Origin: a virus
Lineage: Duplodnaviria; Caudoviricetes
Direction: 5' to 3' (one strand)
Virus record (IMG/VR): IMGVR_UViG_3300026549_000048
Location: 1 to 64,000 of that record
DNA length: 64,000 nucleotides
Of the stretch, positions 60,851 through 64,000 are shown one piece after another; positions within the stretch are counted from its first letter, which is position 1, and each line of letters begins with the position of its first letter. The notes below the pieces were generated by a model. That model was not told the origin of the DNA. It ran no database searches and saw nothing but the letters and a program-made list of their open reading frames with translations. Position numbers and translations under genes: made by a program.

Positions 60851-61548
60851 TAAATCCCCTCATAAAATATTTTTGCAGCTTCTTTTATATCAGCAATTGT
60901 TGCATCACCAATACCATTTAGTTTTTTTAAATCTGATCGAGATGCTGTAAATACTTTTTCAGGAGTTTTAAATTCTTTTAATAATAATAAAGCTGTTTTT
61001 TGACCAACTTTATTTGCTAACATAACAAAATCTACATCTTTTCTATTTTTCAATGTAGTTATTTGTTTTGTCTGTAACTGTTCTCCATTATGTTTATTAA
61101 TTGTTTCAGCTAATCGTAATATTTCCTGAAAATATTGAGCTTCATTTTTTACAAAAAAGACGGGGCATTTATATACCATTTCCATTGTACGAACCATTTT
61201 GTCAATAGATTGCTGTTTAATATGTTTTACAGCTGGATATTTTCTTGCAATACGTTGCAAGTCATTAATACTACCATGAACAATTACACAATAATTATTT
61301 GAGACTTTATTCATACGTTGTGCCTGATCTTGTAAATGACCACTAATATATGAAGTAACAAAATCCCCATATGATTTTCGTTCAATATTAAGATATTGTT
61401 TGCTTGTTAATAAACAAGCAACATCTCCAAAATCACCAAGCATTTTTTCTTCAACGTCAATTTTTTTTGTTTTAAAAAACGCTACAGATTTTTTCTTCAT
61501 ATCTAATTCTTTTTTATCAACATAGGCCTTAATCACTTCTGGATGCAT
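60850..61548 (-). CDS. ERCC4/XPF-family structure-specific nuclease with HhH motifs
   Basis: GD...IERKS..DF..S...GHL..Q; VGQKTA and GIGDA helix-hairpin-helix motifs. Confidence 0.9.
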   Translation of the reverse strand: MHPEVIKAYVDKKELDMKKKSVAFFKTKKIDVEEKMLGDFGDVACLLTSKQYLNIERKSYGDFVTSYISGHLQDQAQRMNKVSNNYCVIVHGSINDLQRIARKYPAVKHIKQQSIDKMVRTMEMVYKCPVFFVKNEAQYFQEILRLAETINKHNGEQLQTKQITTLKNRKDVDFVMLANKVGQKTALLLLKEFKTPEKVFTASRSDLKKLNGIGDATIADIKEAAKIFYEGI

Positions 61549-61939
61549 TTTCCTCTCCCTCATTTATAATATCTTGAAAATAATTATCAAAAAAGTGTAC
61601 AAAAAATTTTCTAATATAATCACAATTAAGAAGAAGTGGAGCTATACCAAAATCTTCGCCTGTCCACGGATAATCAATGCAAAATTGACTAATCGGATCA
61701 TCATGTCTTGTACATAAATTTGTTTCTTCATCAAAATCTAAGCATCTTTGTGCTCGACAACAACGACCACATCGACTACAAGCATCAAATTCTATGACCT
61801 CTTCACGTGTAATATATTTTGCATTATGATACATTATATCTTCAATTTTTTCGTTTTTAAATTCTCGTGATAATTCTGGAAATTCATGAGAATAAAATTC
61901 TTTAAACCAATTAATACATTTCTTTGTGCTTGTATCCAT
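61529..61939 (-). CDS. YkgJ-like Cys-cluster (Fe-S/Zn) protein
   Basis: CSRCGRCC...C...C..H...C..YP. Confidence 0.8.
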   Translation of the reverse strand: MDTSTKKCINWFKEFYSHEFPELSREFKNEKIEDIMYHNAKYITREEVIEFDACSRCGRCCRAQRCLDFDEETNLCTRHDDPISQFCIDYPWTGEDFGIAPLLLNCDYIRKFFVHFFDNYFQDIINEGEENASRSD

Positions 61940-64000
61940 TAATGAACCTCCAAAATATTTAAAAACGTTTCATGTTCCATCAGGAAAAATACATATGAAC
62001 CCTCAACCATTAAATGTGGGGGATATTCTTCCGATCCAACCTCAATTTTTCCATCAAGAACTGTTTCTTCATTAATAATGAGATTATATCTCACACATGG
62101 ATTTCCATTTTTACTTGTAAAATATTTTACATCGGTTGCTACCCCACAAGGAACATTATTATTTTTTTGCAAAGATTGCACAATTTTAATAGCTTCCCCA
62201 CTATATAACCAATACTCATGTTGATATTTACTTGGATCATCTAAATTAATCAAAGATAGCAATGACCATTTTGTACCTTTTCCATTTACGTGTAATAATA
62301 ATGGAGTTCCCACTTCAAATGCTTCAACATATCTTGGAATGAATTCTTTTTCAACAAATAAAGAAACAACTTCAAATCCATCTGTTACACTTAAATATGC
62401 GTAATCTTTATTATCTTTATATTCTGTAACTAATCCTTTAATATAACAGTCATAATAATCATCTGTATGCTTAAATAATCCTGAAATAGAAGATAAATCA
62501 ATGTTAATATTCATTTCAGATAAATTATATAAATCTAAAACGTTACCTTTTGGATTAATTTTAATTCTTTGAAATTCTCTAAAGAGTGTTTCTTGTTCAT
62601 TCCAATCATCTGTTTCTTCGATTGTTTTATAAAGTGCACATCTATCTGTATTAAAACAATCAAAAGCTCCACATTCAATTAAAGCCTTTTTTACTGTTTT
62701 GTTTACTTTAGTTCTTTCGCAAAAATCTTCAAAAGATTTATATGGCTGATTAGCAATAATTTTTGGAACAGCCGCTGGACCAATTCCTTTTACCAAACTA
62801 AAGGATAAATAAATATTATTATCATCTTCCATAGTAATATCTTTTGATTGATTGATGTGAGGATTAACAATATCTTTTCCAAGATTACGTAATTCATTAT
62901 ACAATTTTGCTTTCTTTTCTTCTTTATCTGTATTGTTTAAACAAGAAAGTAAAAACTCAACTGGATAATATGTTCTCAACCAAGCAAAAATATATGTTAA
63001 AGCAGTATACCCAACACAATGAGCTTTATTAAAAGAATAAGAAGCAGATGCTTCCATTTTCGCCCACACTTTTTCAGCTATAGCGGAATCAATACCTCGA
63101 CTTGTACAAGATGCAATAAATTTTGGATAATATTCATCAAATATATATTGTAATTTTTTACCAATACCTTTTCTAATTAAATCAGCATCAACCGCACTCA
63201 TACCTGCAAAATCAGTTACAATGTGCATAGCATCTTCCTGATATACAATACAACCATATGTATCTTTTAAAATTGGTTCAAGCAAAGGATGATCATATTC
63301 AATAGGAATTTCCCCATGTTTCCTCTTTATATATAATTCGGTATCTCCAGAATCATTTGGTCCAGGTCTACATAATGCAACAACAGCAGCCAATTCATCA
63401 AAATTCTGTGGTTGCATTTTCTGACAAACTTCTGTTGCGGCTGGAGATTCAATTTGGAACATTCCCAATGTTGTTTGACAAATTGTTTGAAAAACCTTAG
63501 GATCATTATATTGTAATGGTAATGATACGCCTGGAAGTAAATCTAAACAATCTGCAATAATATCCAAACTGTTTAATCCTAATGTATCATTCTTAAGAAA
63601 ACCTAATGAATCCGCAGTCTTTCCATTATTATCCAAACAATCAACACCATTGACTCTAATAATTGAATCACGATATTCTACGTCCTGATCTAAAATTACC
63701 ATTGCTCCTGCATGAACACCATAATTCTTTAGCATTCCTGTTAATTTTGGATAATTTTCTTTAATGAAAGGGTGAGCGTCTAAATAATTTACAACATCTG
63801 GAATACTTTCAATATCATCGGTATCCCCAATCATTTTTGAGATTTTCTTTCTCAAGTCAAATGGAACTCCAGATACACGACCTAAATCATCAATTGCAAC
63901 TTTTTTCGTCCATCTCACTTGATTAATTACTTGATAAGTTCTATCATGACCAAAATCATCCTTAATGATTTTTAACACTTCTTTTCTTCTTTTTTTGCTA
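61939..64000 (-). CDS. dnaE: Family C DNA polymerase (Pol III alpha, DnaE-like), 5'-truncated by the window
   Basis: RRKEVL, GVHAGA, LKNDTLGL (catalytic Asp), GMFQIES, ALCRPGP, TYGCIVYQE, YSFNKAH, YYPVEF, KGIG; frame open to the window end. Confidence 0.95.
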   Translation of the reverse strand, partial: SKKRRKEVLKIIKDDFGHDRTYQVINQVRWTKKVAIDDLGRVSGVPFDLRKKISKMIGDTDDIESIPDVVNYLDAHPFIKENYPKLTGMLKNYGVHAGAMVILDQDVEYRDSIIRVNGVDCLDNNGKTADSLGFLKNDTLGLNSLDIIADCLDLLPGVSLPLQYNDPKVFQTICQTTLGMFQIESPAATEVCQKMQPQNFDELAAVVALCRPGPNDSGDTELYIKRKHGEIPIEYDHPLLEPILKDTYGCIVYQEDAMHIVTDFAGMSAVDADLIRKGIGKKLQYIFDEYYPKFIASCTSRGIDSAIAEKVWAKMEASASYSFNKAHCVGYTALTYIFAWLRTYYPVEFLLSCLNNTDKEEKKAKLYNELRNLGKDIVNPHINQSKDITMEDDNNIYLSFSLVKGIGPAAVPKIIANQPYKSFEDFCERTKVNKTVKKALIECGAFDCFNTDRCALYKTIEETDDWNEQETLFREFQRIKINPKGNVLDLYNLSEMNINIDLSSISGLFKHTDDYYDCYIKGLVTEYKDNKDYAYLSVTDGFEVVSLFVEKEFIPRYVEAFEVGTPLLLHVNGKGTKWSLLSLINLDDPSKYQHEYWLYSGEAIKIVQSLQKNNNVPCGVATDVKYFTSKNGNPCVRYNLIINEETVLDGKIEVGSEEYPPHLMVEGSYVFFLMEHETFLNILEVH

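Noticed and set aside
2239-62208. Many short antisense or alternate-frame ORFs in the track (e.g. 2239-2505, 9399-9629, 16060-16401, 20554-22081, 57958-58797)
   Set aside because: They are shadow ORFs inside well-supported genes and lack SDs or motifs.
1-64000. Stop-codon reassignment
   Set aside because: TAA, TAG and TGA all end full-length genes with tight packing; no suppressor tRNA is present.

Overview
This AT-rich 64 kb window looks like part of a large head-tail virus (Caudoviricetes, contractile tail) infecting a pseudomurein-walled methanogen (Methanobacteriales, Methanobrevibacter-like). Host evidence: archaeal BRE/TATA promoters, GGTGA/GGAGG ribosome-binding sites, an endolysin with pseudomurein-binding repeats plus a C39 peptidase, and a PeiW-like catalytic domain on a baseplate protein. 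Layout: (i) 1-2.0 kb, a 9-bp tandem repeat, two small ORFs and a minus-strand structured RNA cluster with 4 tRNAs, bracketed by two identical convergent promoters; (ii) 2.0-7.3 kb, a minus-strand packaging operon (GIY-YIG, TerL, portal, a second GIY-YIG, a ligase-like relic); (iii) 7.5-55 kb, a plus-strand head, neck, tail, baseplate and fibre module that also holds a thioester-domain adhesin and the endolysin; (iv) 55-64 kb, minus-strand replication and nucleotide genes (rubrerythrin, NrdG/NrdD, dUTPase-like, an IS110/Nop-like protein, ERCC4 nuclease, a YkgJ-like Fe-S protein and a bacterial-type family C DNA polymerase cut by the window end). The best leads are the tRNA-embedded ncRNA cluster (anti-Shine-Dalgarno hairpin, a duplicated motif with matching partners, a CUG-anticodon tRNA with an abnormal acceptor stem), a nuclease-less IS110/Nop (TasA-like) protein with no adjacent array, DnaE in an archaeal virus, a viral Cys-Gln thioester adhesin, a +1 frameshift in the tail chaperone and an apparent ATC start codon. 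All protein assignments come from motif recognition by eye; no database searches were run.
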